Below, in pieces: positions 30,590-40,921 of a DNA stretch of 64,000 nt. The stretch covers positions 28,024-92,023 of the forward strand of contig CAYPBQ010000001.1 of the NCBI GenBank assembly GCA_964409035.1. The letters are read 5' to 3'. A program made the translations under genes and the position numbers. The notes under the pieces are model-generated. The model was given only the letters and a program-made list of their open reading frames with translations, ran no database searches and had not been told where the DNA came from. Positions within the stretch are counted from its first letter, which is position 1, and each line of letters begins with the position of its first letter. This DNA is from an uncultured Candidatus Saccharibacteria bacterium (lineage in GTDB: Bacteria > Patescibacteriota > Minisyncoccia > Phycocordibacterales > UBA12088).

Positions 30590-32950
30590 ATGAAATTAAT
30601 TATTGTTGAGTCGCCCGCAAAGGCAAAGACAATTTCAAAATACGTATCTGCCATGCCAGAATTTAAAGATGAGCGAGTAGAAGTACGCGCATCAATTGGG
30701 CATGTTCGTGACCTTCCAAAGAGCAATAAGCATGCTATTGACATTGAGGCTGGATTTGTTCCCCACTACGAGATAGCAAAGGGAAAAGATAAGGTGATAG
30801 CCGACCTCTCAGCTCTCTCTAAAAAAGCAGACGGTATCATACTTGCTACCGACCCCGACAGAGAGGGCGAAGCAATTGCCTGGCATTTATATGAAGCACT
30901 ATCGCTTCCCGCCTCAAAAACCAAACGAGTAACTTTTAATGAAATTACTAAAGAGGCAATTCAAGAAGCGATACGATCACCCCGCGATATAGATCAAAAC
31001 CTCCGCAAGGCCCAAGAAGCACGAAGAGTGCTTGATAGACTTGTGGGGTATGATCTCTCTGGCCTTATTTGGAAGAAGGTTCGCTATGGACTATCCGCAG
31101 GAAGAGTACAATCACCTGCGCTACGCATCATTATGGAGCGCGAGCGTGAGATACGTGCCTTTATACCTGAAGACTACTTTGTGCTTGAGGCAATACTAAA
31201 GGCTAACGGTGGTTCAGAATTTACCGCCACCTGCTCAGTAGAACCAAAAACAGCAGCCGAGGCAGATGACATAATCACCAAAGGAACTAAAGGCGCTTGG
31301 CATGTAAAAGAAATAAAAGAAACAGATGCTGCTCGAGCACCTAAACCTCCCTTTACCACATCAACATTGCAACAAGTAGCAAGTACTCGCCTAGGATTTT
31401 CTCCAAGCCGAACTATGGGCGCCGCGCAAAAACTGTATGAAGCTGGACATATTACCTACATGCGTACCGACTCGCCTGCGCTATCGTCGCAAGCCCGAAA
31501 CGCAATTGGCGAATACATCAATAATGCATTTGGAAAAAAGTACCACACACACAGAGAGTACAGCGCCAAGTCAAAAAATGCACAGGAGGCGCATGAAGCA
31601 GTACGCCCCACTACCATATCCGTACGAAACGCAGGTGACAATGAAGATCAAACACGTTTATATGATCTTATATGGAAGCGTACAGTTGCTTCGCAAATGA
31701 CTGATGCGCTCATGAAGAAGACGCGTCTTGCGGTTACTATCACCGATGAAGCTATTCCTGATTTTGTCGTGAATGGTTCTAGAATTCTTTTTGATGGATG
31801 GATGCAGGTTGATCCCGCCGCTAGGACAGAGGAGGTAGAAATACCACCAGTAAAAGAAGGTGAGTCTCTCTCACTTATTGATATACATAAGGAAGCAAAG
31901 CAAACACAACCACCCGGCCGCTACTCAGAAGCAGGGCTTATAAAGGAGCTTGAAAAAAGGGGTATTGGGAGACCATCTACCTATGCCTCTATTATAAAGA
32001 CACTTGGTGACAGAGGGTATGTCGAGAAGCAAGGACGCACGCTCATGCCTACCATTACCGGTGATGTGGTGTCCTCATTTTTGGAAACTCACTTCCCTAC
32101 ATATATCAGTGACACCTTTACCGCAGAGATGGAAGACGAGCTGGATGATATTGCAGATGGAAAGCGCTCGTACGAAAAAACTCTCAAGGATTTTTATACT
32201 CCCTTTACCAAAGAGGTAGAGTCAAAGGCTGACATAGAAAAACAAACATCTCTAGGTAAGGCTCCTGAAGAATTTGTATGCCCCAAGTGTGGAGCCGCAA
32301 TGGAGTATAAGCTTTCAAAAAATGGCACATTTATGAGTTGTGTGAAATTTCCTGAGTGTGACGGCGCACGCACACAAGAAGGAAAAGAAATAACACTTAA
32401 TGAGCCAATAGGTATATACCCAGAGACTGGCGAACCTATCTATCTCATGGATGGAAGATTTGGCGCATATGTACAAGTAGGTGATGGCGCTAAAAAGGAG
32501 GGTAAGAAAAAGACAAAGCCAAAGCGCGCAAGTGTACCAGCTGATTACGATCTTGCATCTATCACACTCAAAGACGCATTAAAATTTTTGAGCTTGCCAC
32601 GAGTATTAGGAAACCATCCTGAAACCGGCGAGGCAATTTCTGCTAGTGTTGGCAAGTTTGGGCCATTCATAGTTCATCAAAGTGATTTTAGATCTCTCAA
32701 GGAAGATGATGTGTATACTATTGAGCTTCCGCGCGCGCTTGAGATACTGAGCGAACCTAAGCAAAGGCGAGGTGCAAAGGTTGCAAGAGAGATTGGTGCG
32801 CATCCAAAGACCGGTAAACAGATAAAGGTATTCACATCAAAGCAAGGGTACTTTCTCAAACGTGGATTTACAAATGTATACCTACCTAAAGAAATAGATA
32901 TAGAGGCACTCTCGGTGGAACAAGCACTTGAATACCTAAAGAAAAAGTAG
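30590..32950 (+). CDS. topA: DNA topoisomerase I
   Basis: IVESPAKAKTI, ATDPDREGEAI, SAGRVQS, ITYMRTD, Zn ribbon, C-terminal repeats. Confidence 0.97.
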   Translation: MKLIIVESPAKAKTISKYVSAMPEFKDERVEVRASIGHVRDLPKSNKHAIDIEAGFVPHYEIAKGKDKVIADLSALSKKADGIILATDPDREGEAIAWHLYEALSLPASKTKRVTFNEITKEAIQEAIRSPRDIDQNLRKAQEARRVLDRLVGYDLSGLIWKKVRYGLSAGRVQSPALRIIMEREREIRAFIPEDYFVLEAILKANGGSEFTATCSVEPKTAAEADDIITKGTKGAWHVKEIKETDAARAPKPPFTTSTLQQVASTRLGFSPSRTMGAAQKLYEAGHITYMRTDSPALSSQARNAIGEYINNAFGKKYHTHREYSAKSKNAQEAHEAVRPTTISVRNAGDNEDQTRLYDLIWKRTVASQMTDALMKKTRLAVTITDEAIPDFVVNGSRILFDGWMQVDPAARTEEVEIPPVKEGESLSLIDIHKEAKQTQPPGRYSEAGLIKELEKRGIGRPSTYASIIKTLGDRGYVEKQGRTLMPTITGDVVSSFLETHFPTYISDTFTAEMEDELDDIADGKRSYEKTLKDFYTPFTKEVESKADIEKQTSLGKAPEEFVCPKCGAAMEYKLSKNGTFMSCVKFPECDGARTQEGKEITLNEPIGIYPETGEPIYLMDGRFGAYVQVGDGAKKEGKKKTKPKRASVPADYDLASITLKDALKFLSLPRVLGNHPETGEAISASVGKFGPFIVHQSDFRSLKEDDVYTIELPRALEILSEPKQRRGAKVAREIGAHPKTGKQIKVFTSKQGYFLKRGFTNVYLPKEIDIEALSVEQALEYLKKK

Positions 32951-32992
32951 AAACACCCAAGACTTGCTCGGGTGCTCCCCCTGTAATTGGGG

Positions 32993-33169
32993 CTATTTAT
33001 TTTTTCTCCTTTCAACTTCGCGTAGCCTTCTTCTTGCGTCTCTTTCTCTTATTTTCTTTAGCATTCTAGGACAAGATAACCTATTTGGATCAAGGTGAGT
33101 TTCTCCACATATCGGACATTTAAATCTTGGGTTTGGATGCAAATTGTCCCCCAACACACTTCCTCCCAT
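32993..33169 (-). CDS. Candidate 58-aa basic Zn-binding protein
   Basis: Manual translation MGGSVLGDNLHPNPRFKCPICGETHLDPNRLSCPRMLKKIRERDARRRLREVERRKNK*. Confidence 0.45.
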   Translation of the reverse strand: MGGSVLGDNLHPNPRFKCPICGETHLDPNRLSCPRMLKKIRERDARRRLREVERRKNK

Positions 33170-33202
33170 TGCCTTTACCGCACAAGACTATACAATCTTT
33201 AT

Positions 33203-34726
33203 ATGGAAATGCAATCATCTAAAGAGCTTACCGCCCTCATGCACTCCCCCAGCAAGGAGGATGTTGCCTTGGTTGAAAAGGCGTATGCCTTTGCCGTGCA
33301 TGCGCACAAAGACCACAAGCGCCTAAGTGGTGAACCGTATTTTATCCACACCTATGCCACCGCAAAGAAACTCGCAGAGATAGGTATGGGCGCACAAACA
33401 ATCGCCGCAGGACTGCTCCACGACACCATTGAGGATGTGGGAGTTTCTCCCGAGGATATTCGGCGTGAATTTGGTGATGAAATACTTTTTCTTGTAGATG
33501 GAGTTACAAAACTAGGAAAGCTACGATACCAAGGGCTAGAGCGGCATGTCGAGTCCCTACGTAAATTGTTTGTGGCGACAAGTCAGGACGTGCGCATACT
33601 CATCATTCGCCTCATGGATAGACTTCACAATCTTGAGACACTTGAGCATGTACGTGAAGATAAGCGCAAACGTATCGCACTTGAAACACTAGAGATTTAT
33701 GCCCCGATTGCAGATAGGCTTGGTATGGGGTCACTCAAGCGTTCACTGGAAGATCTTTCGTTTGCCTACGTATATCCAGATGATTACAAAATGATTAGCG
33801 AGTTAATTAAGGATAAAGAGAAAAAAATGGAGATGGCACTGAGTGAAGTACAGTACACGCTCAAGCGCGAGCTCGCTAAGTCGGGACTTCGTGATTTTCA
33901 TACCAGCACTCGCATTAAAGGTTTATATAGTCTGTGGAGAAAACTTGCCAGAAAAGATAACGACATAGAGAAAATTTTTGATATTGCGGCGATACGCGTA
34001 GTAGTAACATCAATAGATGATTGTTATCGAGCGCTTGGCATAGTGCACGCACAGTGGAGACCACTTTTAGGAAGAATCAAAGATTTCATAGCCGTTCCTA
34101 AGCCTAACGGCTATCAATCACTACATACCACGATTTTTGCAGGTGATGGCTCTATAATTGAGGTGCAGATTCGTACAAAAGCGATGCAGCAGGAATCTGA
34201 GTGGGGTATTGCAAACCATCTTTCATACAAAGAGCAGGGTGTAAGAGAGGGGCGGTTTTTGTGGGTGTGGCAAATGCTTCCAGGATTTGGAAAAAGGAAG
34301 CCAGCAACGCAAACCGACACCACCAAGTCTAATAATGAAATTCCGGAGTGGATAGAAGAGATTGCGCATGCGCAGCGTTCAGTTCTTGAGGGGGAAGAAT
34401 TTCTTGATGAGCTAAAGGGTGACTTCTTTAGTCACAGAGTGTTTGTGTTTACCCCAAAGGGTGACGTGATTGATTTGCCAATTGATTCTAGTCCTGTGGA
34501 CTTTGCATATACCATTCATTCAGATATTGGCGACCACCTTTCGGGAGCAAAGGTAAACGGCAAACTCGTCTCTCTTGATACAAAATTAAAAAATGGCGAC
34601 ATAGTTGAAATAGAAACAAAAAAATCAAACAAGCCATCAAAGAAGTGGCTTGAGCACGCAAAAACATCAATTGCAAAGCGTCACATACGAAATGCACTGG
34701 GTCTTTCACCAAGCACTAAAAAATAA
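33203..34726 (+). CDS. relA: RelA/SpoT family (p)ppGpp synthetase/hydrolase, ending at TGS domain
   Basis: GEPYFIH, LLHDTIED, DRLHN, GYQSLHT, EVQIRT, VFTPKG..DFAY; TACAAT 6 nt before ATG. Confidence 0.93.
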   Translation: MEMQSSKELTALMHSPSKEDVALVEKAYAFAVHAHKDHKRLSGEPYFIHTYATAKKLAEIGMGAQTIAAGLLHDTIEDVGVSPEDIRREFGDEILFLVDGVTKLGKLRYQGLERHVESLRKLFVATSQDVRILIIRLMDRLHNLETLEHVREDKRKRIALETLEIYAPIADRLGMGSLKRSLEDLSFAYVYPDDYKMISELIKDKEKKMEMALSEVQYTLKRELAKSGLRDFHTSTRIKGLYSLWRKLARKDNDIEKIFDIAAIRVVVTSIDDCYRALGIVHAQWRPLLGRIKDFIAVPKPNGYQSLHTTIFAGDGSIIEVQIRTKAMQQESEWGIANHLSYKEQGVREGRFLWVWQMLPGFGKRKPATQTDTTKSNNEIPEWIEEIAHAQRSVLEGEEFLDELKGDFFSHRVFVFTPKGDVIDLPIDSSPVDFAYTIHSDIGDHLSGAKVNGKLVSLDTKLKNGDIVEIETKKSNKPSKKWLEHAKTSIAKRHIRNALGLSPSTKK

Positions 34727-34729
34727 TTG

Positions 34730-35719
34730 TTATATAGAGAAATTCCGCACAGAATAGAGCTCGCTCTCCTCCTCTTCCTTCTTTGGCATATCATCAGCAT
34801 ATATTGATGCCTCTTCTGGAGCTGGCTCAATACCTGAAGCTTCTGCAAGAGTCATAACAGACGAGTCTTGTGCTCCCAAAAAGTGCTGCAGTCGATCTAG
34901 AATACTTTTGATATCATTTGTATCATAAAAGTCGATAGTGACTTTTCCTCCTTGATCTTTTGGTTGAATAGTTACTCTTGTGCCCAGTGTCTCGGTAAGG
35001 GTTCGCTCAAGCTCAAGCATGTCAGGAGGAAGTGGCTTTTTTCGAGCTCTGTCTTCTGCTATACGCCTTGCGATACCCTCTGCCTCGCGTACGGTAAGTC
35101 GCTTGAGTAGCATTTCCTTATACAAAGTACGCTGCTCCTCAGGTCTATCAACCAACATCATAAGCGGCCGAGTGAGCCCCTCAGTTATCTCACCTTTTGC
35201 AAGGCTATCAAGCATATCCTGCGGAAGCATAAGCATACGTATCGTATTTGACACATATTCCCTACTCTTGCCCAGCTTCTTGCCTATCTCTGTATGTTTG
35301 TACCCATAGGTATCTACAAGCTGCTTAAAGGCGAGCGCCCTATCAACTGCATTGAGATCTTCTCGATGCAAGTTTTCAATGATTGCAAGCTCGAGCTTCA
35401 TCTTATCGCTCTGCTCTCCTGCTCGGATAATAACCGGCAACAATGTTAGACCCGCAAGTTTAGACGCGCGTAATCTGCGCTCACCTGCTATTAGTTCGTA
35501 TTCAACTGATAAGCCAACATCAGGGCGTTCAATTTCTTTTCTGGTAACTACAAGTGGTTGAAGCAAGCCATACTGTCTAATGGAGTCTGCAAGCTCTCGC
35601 ATTTTTGCTTCATCAAACTCCTTTCGAGGTTGAAATGGATTTGGCTTTATCTTGTCTAATTCAACCCAAAATATTGATTCGTAGTACTGCCTATCTGATT
35701 TTGCTTCTTGTGCGCTCAT
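34730..35719 (-). CDS. parB: ParB/Spo0J partition protein
   Basis: PNPFQPR, GLLQP, IAGERRLRA, ENLHREDLN, HTH. Confidence 0.93.
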   Translation of the reverse strand: MSAQEAKSDRQYYESIFWVELDKIKPNPFQPRKEFDEAKMRELADSIRQYGLLQPLVVTRKEIERPDVGLSVEYELIAGERRLRASKLAGLTLLPVIIRAGEQSDKMKLELAIIENLHREDLNAVDRALAFKQLVDTYGYKHTEIGKKLGKSREYVSNTIRMLMLPQDMLDSLAKGEITEGLTRPLMMLVDRPEEQRTLYKEMLLKRLTVREAEGIARRIAEDRARKKPLPPDMLELERTLTETLGTRVTIQPKDQGGKVTIDFYDTNDIKSILDRLQHFLGAQDSSVMTLAEASGIEPAPEEASIYADDMPKKEEEESELYSVRNFSI

Positions 35720-35784
35720 GCAAAACAGTATAGCAAAGATTGTTATAGTGGAAAAATTCCTGAAAAACGATATAGTTTGTCCAT

Positions 35785-35870
35785 GCTGGGGTGGCGGAAT
35801 GGTAGACGCGATTGACTCAAAATCAATTGCCCGAAAGGGTGTGAGGGTTCAAGTCCCTCCTCCAGCACCA
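35785..35870 (+). tRNA. tRNA-Leu(CAA)
   Basis: ATTGA-CT CAA AA-TCAAT; long variable arm; encoded CCA. Confidence 0.95.
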
Positions 35871-36120
35871 TGAACAAAGGAGTCAGAAGCAAAGCTTTTG
35901 ACGACTATTGTGAATTGCTGGAGGAGTTGTACCACAGGGGCATTTCCATTTTACTAACTCACTTCGTTCATAAGTAAAATTGGTCAAAGGCGTAGGCGGT
36001 TTACGATTTTGCGAAATGTAATGAAGCAAAATTGTCGCCGAGCCGGAGTCGAGAGTGCTTAGTAGTTTAGAATGTAATGAATAAACTACTTAGCAACTCG
36101 TGACCAAGTCCCCCAAGCAC
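35871..36120 (+). repeat. tRNA-anchored structured element, copy A
   Basis: Core GTCGAGAGTGCTTAGTAG..CTACTTAGCAACTCGTGACC (36048-36105), then degenerate tRNA 3' copy AAGTCCCCCAAGCAC. Confidence 0.75.
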
Positions 36121-36432
36121 TCAATCATTTTTTAGTTTTTTTGCAGTTTCTTCTCGAGCCAAGCGCTGAGACAGATCTGTAAGTTCCTTTTGTGCCTGGA
36201 TTGCTTTTCTTTTGAAATCCTCTATTTGTGTCTTTAGTGTTTCTGCTTCTTGCTCTTTGCGCTCAAGTATTCTTTTCATTCTTTCAATTTCTCCTTCTCT
36301 TCTTTTTATTTCTTCCTCTTCCTTTTTTATATCAGCTTGCTTTTTACTTAGCTCTGAGTTTAGTCTGTCTTCCTGTTTTTCAAGATTTTCTATCTCTCTT
36401 TCTATCTGTTGAATTGATTGTTCTATTGCCAT
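36121..36432 (-). CDS. Coiled-coil hypothetical protein
   Basis: E/K/Q-rich heptads. Confidence 0.65.
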   Translation of the reverse strand: MAIEQSIQQIEREIENLEKQEDRLNSELSKKQADIKKEEEEIKRREGEIERMKRILERKEQEAETLKTQIEDFKRKAIQAQKELTDLSQRLAREETAKKLKND

Positions 36433-36509
36433 ACATGGATATTACTTATATGGGTATTCCGTGATTACAGTATACAAGCATTGTCTAAGAAGAAAAGTAT
36501 GAAATACTC

Positions 36510-37409
36510 ATGTCAATGAGAAAGCAAAAAGTAATTGTAATAGTTGGCCCAACCGCATCAGGCAAAAGCGACCTCGCCATTGCGCTTGCTAAAGAGCTAC
36601 ACGGGGAGGTTATATCAGCTGATTCTCGGCAGGTATATAAGGGATTTGATACCACAACCGCAAAGGTCACCCAAGAGGAAATGCTGGGTATTCCACACCA
36701 TCTACTTGATATTGTTGATGTAGAAAGAGAGTATACCGTGGCGGACTTTAAAAAGGATGCTGCAATATCAATTGAAGCCATAGCCACAAATGGAGCGATT
36801 CCAATTATTGCTGGTGGCACAGGATTTTATATCGATGCTCTTATATATGGACAGTCCTTACCCGAGGTACCTCCAAATAAAGATCTCCGCTCATCGCTCA
36901 GCAAAAAAGATGCAGAAAGTCTCTTTGAGATTCTACTAGTAAAGGACCCACATAGAGCAGCTACGATTGAAAGGCAGAATAAACAACGCCTCATCAGAGC
37001 ATTAGAAATTGTAGAGGCACTTGGATCAGTACCGCCAGCAATACACGCCACTCACACACCCTATGACGCGCTATGGGTAGGGATACTGTGGCAACGAGAG
37101 GATTTGATAAAACGCATCCACGAAAGAGTACTGCGTAGAATAGATAGCATAATCACAGAAGTTAGCGAACAAAAAGACCGCCTCACACCTGCTATTGCTG
37201 CTCGACTTGGATTTGATTTTACCCTCACCCTTTCACATATAGAAGGCAAAATGTCAAAGAGCGCCCTCATTGATGCCCTCACTCAAAAAGATGCAGCATA
37301 TGCTCGCAGACAAATGACGTGGTTCAAGCGAAATAAAGATATCACGTGGCTATCACCTGAAACACTTCCTATCTCAGCAATTGATCTTGCAAAACAATTT
37401 CTAGTATAG
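36510..37409 (+). CDS. miaA: tRNA dimethylallyltransferase
   Basis: GPTASGKS, SADSRQVY, IPHHLLD, GGTGFY, YARRQMTWF. Confidence 0.96.
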   Translation: MSMRKQKVIVIVGPTASGKSDLAIALAKELHGEVISADSRQVYKGFDTTTAKVTQEEMLGIPHHLLDIVDVEREYTVADFKKDAAISIEAIATNGAIPIIAGGTGFYIDALIYGQSLPEVPPNKDLRSSLSKKDAESLFEILLVKDPHRAATIERQNKQRLIRALEIVEALGSVPPAIHATHTPYDALWVGILWQREDLIKRIHERVLRRIDSIITEVSEQKDRLTPAIAARLGFDFTLTLSHIEGKMSKSALIDALTQKDAAYARRQMTWFKRNKDITWLSPETLPISAIDLAKQFLV

Positions 37410-37439
37410 GCCTGTATCTCACTCGCTAAGCGCTCGTTG

Positions 37440-37510
37440 CGGGCCCACTCCGACTCGAACGGAGGACGCTGGTTTTGGAGACCAGAATTTTACCTCTAAA
37501 CTATAGGCCC
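37440..37510 (-). tRNA. tRNA-Trp(CCA)
   Basis: CTGGT-CT CCA AA-ACCAG; cloverleaf. Confidence 0.93.
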
Positions 37511-37539
37511 ATTATTATTTATATTGCTCAGGAGGCGTA

Positions 37540-37563
37540 GAAAAGCGCCCATGAGGCGCTTTT
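37540..37563 (-). terminator. Terminator after rpmG
   Basis: AAAAGCGCC..GGCGCTTTT. Confidence 0.65.
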
Positions 37564-37575
37564 CATACTACCCTA

Positions 37576-37728
37576 TTATTTAGCTTCTTTAAAGACTACG
37601 TGCTTTCTGAGCTTTGCTGAATACTTTTTGAGCTCAATTTTTCGAGCAACTTTCTTCTTATTTTTGCGGGTATAGTATGTCTCACCCGTTTCTTTATTTT
37701 TGATTTTAATCAATCTTTCATTGGCCAT
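37576..37728 (-). CDS. rpmG: 50S ribosomal protein L33 (Cys-free type)
   Basis: MANERLIKIKNKETGETYYTRKNKKKVARKIELKKYSAKLRKHVVFKEAK* (below ORF-track size cutoff). Confidence 0.92.
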   Translation of the reverse strand: MANERLIKIKNKETGETYYTRKNKKKVARKIELKKYSAKLRKHVVFKEAK

Positions 37729-37793
37729 ATTGGGAAACTATACATGGATAAATGCAATTGGTCAAACAATGTGTAGTTGGTATTTTTTAAGGA

Positions 37794-39317
37794 CTATTGT
37801 GAACATGAAGCGGTTCTCTGTTGATTACAGTAAATAGAAAAGTGCGATTTTCCTGAGCCGAGCGTGGGTACAACTCTCACATTATCTGCAGAAATATTAG
37901 TACCTGCAAGTCTTGAAGCGGCTAGCAAATTATCTTTTTCATTTTGAGTGTTAACTTCCCACTCCGCCTTCATTCCAGCACTATTTGCTGCTGTTACCAC
38001 CTTATTAATATTTTGAAGCTCTGATTGTGTATAGTAGGAATCATTGTAGGACGGATTAGTAAAATCAAAATCCGCACACGTGCCATTACTATGACATGCG
38101 TTGGCATGATTTACTGTGTCGTATGCTGATGTCATAACTAATGGCTCTGAGCCCGCAGTATCTAGATTGGTTTTGAGAGTTGATAGCTTTGTATTGTATC
38201 CAGGATCAACATAACAGCTTCCACCAGTATATGAGCATCCGCTATTTGGGTATGTAGTAGACGGCTCAAGACCAGCAGGAGGAGTATTTGCTGGTGGAGT
38301 AGGATTATTTACAACCTCACCATTAATCTTATCAATTTCAGCTCGAAGCGAATCAATTTCTCCTCTAATTTCAGTACACCGCGCATACAGCGCTTCGCCA
38401 GCCACCACATTGTTACACCCTCTCAGTGCATACTCTCTTCCAAGCTCAGCTACTCGCTCAGTGTTTGCTTTTAATAACTCATCTCTTACTGCAGTATCAT
38501 ACGATCTAGCAGCTGCATTTCTTTCTTGTTGTAGTTGATCAATTTTGTTCTGAACTTCTGCACGGCAAATATTTCTATCTGCGAGGTTTTCTGATTGACT
38601 ATTACATGCAGCGAGTTGCCTATTGAGCTCTGAAATTTGTCTATCTAGTGATGCAATCTGATTTGCGAGCTCACCTGCTCTACCTCCATTCACTACCTGA
38701 CCAGCATTAGGATTTGGAAGGAGACTGCTATTTCTTCCATCATTTTGGCAAGCAATCGCGCTCACGTCAGCAAGCGATCTTCCTGCAAGGGTGTTGAGGA
38801 CGGTATTTATTACGATCCATGCACCAAGCACCGCAACAAAGCCAAAGAGTACATTCCAAAATATTCCTTTTGCTTTAGAAATGTTTCCTGGGTTAGTGCT
38901 GGAGGTAAGGTACAAAAATCCCGCATAGGTGAACATAATGCTAGCAAGAAGTACCGATACAAGAATCAAAAAATTAATTATCCTCTGTATAGTGCGGAAA
39001 AATTCGCATGGACCACAGCTACTTGTATCGCCGACATGATACCCTCTATTACATGTTACCAATCCATTTGTATTTTCATTAGCACCAAACTGTGTGTTCA
39101 AAATAATACTTCCATCTACCTGTGCTAGTTGCGAAGAATCCTCATCTGAAGACTCAAATACACTAATTACAGAATGAAGAGAGGTTGAAAAATCAAATGA
39201 AGGCAACGTAATATTTCCACCTTCACTCTTTTCAATCACCACGCCCGCCCCTGTGAGCAGGAAAAATTGCATCACAACTGCGGCAAAAATTATTTTTACT
39301 GATGGTGATTGCTTCAT
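37794..39317 (-). CDS. VirB2/TrbC-type pilin domain + coiled coil + putative M15-like metallopeptidase domain
   Basis: YAGFLYLTS..NPGNISKAKGIFWNVLFG; C-term TSAY..CHSNGTCADF..HFSI. Confidence 0.65.
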   Translation of the reverse strand: MKQSPSVKIIFAAVVMQFFLLTGAGVVIEKSEGGNITLPSFDFSTSLHSVISVFESSDEDSSQLAQVDGSIILNTQFGANENTNGLVTCNRGYHVGDTSSCGPCEFFRTIQRIINFLILVSVLLASIMFTYAGFLYLTSSTNPGNISKAKGIFWNVLFGFVAVLGAWIVINTVLNTLAGRSLADVSAIACQNDGRNSSLLPNPNAGQVVNGGRAGELANQIASLDRQISELNRQLAACNSQSENLADRNICRAEVQNKIDQLQQERNAAARSYDTAVRDELLKANTERVAELGREYALRGCNNVVAGEALYARCTEIRGEIDSLRAEIDKINGEVVNNPTPPANTPPAGLEPSTTYPNSGCSYTGGSCYVDPGYNTKLSTLKTNLDTAGSEPLVMTSAYDTVNHANACHSNGTCADFDFTNPSYNDSYYTQSELQNINKVVTAANSAGMKAEWEVNTQNEKDNLLAASRLAGTNISADNVRVVPTLGSGKSHFSIYCNQQRTASCSQ

Positions 39318-39330
39318 AGGTGTGTATTGA

Positions 39331-40827
39331 TTAGTAGTTTAAGTCAACATTTCCATCAGGAAGCTCTGCTGGGTTTACGGAATTAGGAATATTTGTACCA
39401 GAAGTGGTGGTGTTTGCTGGCTTTTGATTAGTATAGTACTGATTATAATAATTAACCCTAGCCACATAATTACGCGTCTCTTCGAGACCTCCTGGATTAA
39501 TTGAGCATTCATATGCGCGTGCACCTGGACAATCTGATGAGTCTGCTAGTGCTGGCTTTTTACCCGCATCATTTAGTTGATTGCCAGCGCCAGAATTGTA
39601 TGAAGCGATTAAATCATTAGTATTGCCAGAGCGAACGTTGGGGTTGTTAAGGTTTGCATTTAATACCTGGACTCCAACACGAATATTTGTCTGTGGATTA
39701 CGTAGCTCTTGTTCTATTTGCGCATCTGTTAGACCAGGAAAATACTGCCGTGCGGTACTAGGTAGTACCTGCATAAGACCAACAGCACCTGCTGGGCTTT
39801 TTGCATTAGGATTTCCACCGCTTTCAGCACTCATAATAGCTCTCACCAACTCTGGAGAAATGGGTACTCCTTGGCGAGCTAATTCTGCCTCAATAATTGC
39901 AGCGTATGAATTTGTATTGTTAGCAACTAGTGCTGCTCCCTCGGGGGTTATGTTTGCCTGTGGAATAAATACATTTGGATTTGTGCTTATAGGAGCTGTG
40001 CCTGGGATAGTGCCACCTGGAGGTGTGGTCGTGGGTGGTGCCCCCGCAAGCTGTGCTTGTAGTGCTGCTTTTTCCCGCTCTAGTTCCGTAATTCTCCTAT
40101 CTACTGTAGAGCAGAGATTTTGATCCGCAGGAGCGATGTCACCCGTGTCTGCTCCTCCTGCTCCACCAGCTAAGCAGTTCAACTTCTCCGCCCGTAGTAT
40201 TGCTATTGATTGATCTATATTTGCAATTTGTGCGCGTAGCACTGCAGCAGTATCAACAACGGCAGTTCCTGCACTTGGATTTGGAAGGAGGCTACTATTT
40301 CTTCCATCATTCTGGCAAGCAATCGCGCTCACATCCGTAAGTGATCGGTTATACAAAATATTTAGTACGGTGTTTACCACAATCCACGCTCCCAATACTG
40401 CAATAAAGCCAAATAGCACATTCCAAAATATTCCTTTTGCTTTAGAAATGTTTCCTGAGTTAGTACTGGAGGTGAGGTACAACATACCTGCGTATGCAAA
40501 CATGATGGTTGCAACAATTACCGCAATGACAAATGCAAAGTTTAACACCCGTTGAATAGTTGCAAGAAATTCACACGGTCCACAGCTACTTGTATCTCCA
40601 ACATGATACCCTCTATTACATGTTACCAATCCAAGAGTGTTTGTATCGGTGCCAAACTGTGGGTCTAAAATAATTTCTCCGCTCACCTGTGAAAGGTGAT
40701 CAGAGGGAGAAATGGTAGATATAACTGATGATACAGAGTTCGACAACGAAGGAAGTCCCCATGCGCCAAGCACAAGTACGAGCTGCGCCACCACCCCTAT
40801 TACCGCTACCCAAGAAGTCTTGTTCAC
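39331..40827 (-). CDS. VirB2/TrbC-type pilin domain + lytic transglycosylase (SLT) domain
   Basis: Same pilin module; IMSAESGGNPNAKSPAGAVGLMQV, ASYNSG, ETRNYV; likely GTG start 40827. Confidence 0.85.
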   Translation of the reverse strand: MNKTSWVAVIGVVAQLVLVLGAWGLPSLSNSVSSVISTISPSDHLSQVSGEIILDPQFGTDTNTLGLVTCNRGYHVGDTSSCGPCEFLATIQRVLNFAFVIAVIVATIMFAYAGMLYLTSSTNSGNISKAKGIFWNVLFGFIAVLGAWIVVNTVLNILYNRSLTDVSAIACQNDGRNSSLLPNPSAGTAVVDTAAVLRAQIANIDQSIAILRAEKLNCLAGGAGGADTGDIAPADQNLCSTVDRRITELEREKAALQAQLAGAPPTTTPPGGTIPGTAPISTNPNVFIPQANITPEGAALVANNTNSYAAIIEAELARQGVPISPELVRAIMSAESGGNPNAKSPAGAVGLMQVLPSTARQYFPGLTDAQIEQELRNPQTNIRVGVQVLNANLNNPNVRSGNTNDLIASYNSGAGNQLNDAGKKPALADSSDCPGARAYECSINPGGLEETRNYVARVNYYNQYYTNQKPANTTTSGTNIPNSVNPAELPDGNVDLNY

Positions 40828-40921
40828 ACAATAAGAATAGCACGTCAAAAATAGAAAAAAGGTAAAAAACCTACATTCTGTGGATTTCAGACAAGGTGGT
40901 TATAAAATCAAAATACTCTTG

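Noticed and set aside
36121-36432. Coiled-coil ORF as the mobilising enzyme of the tRNA element
   Set aside because: Pure heptad composition, no nuclease or recombinase motifs
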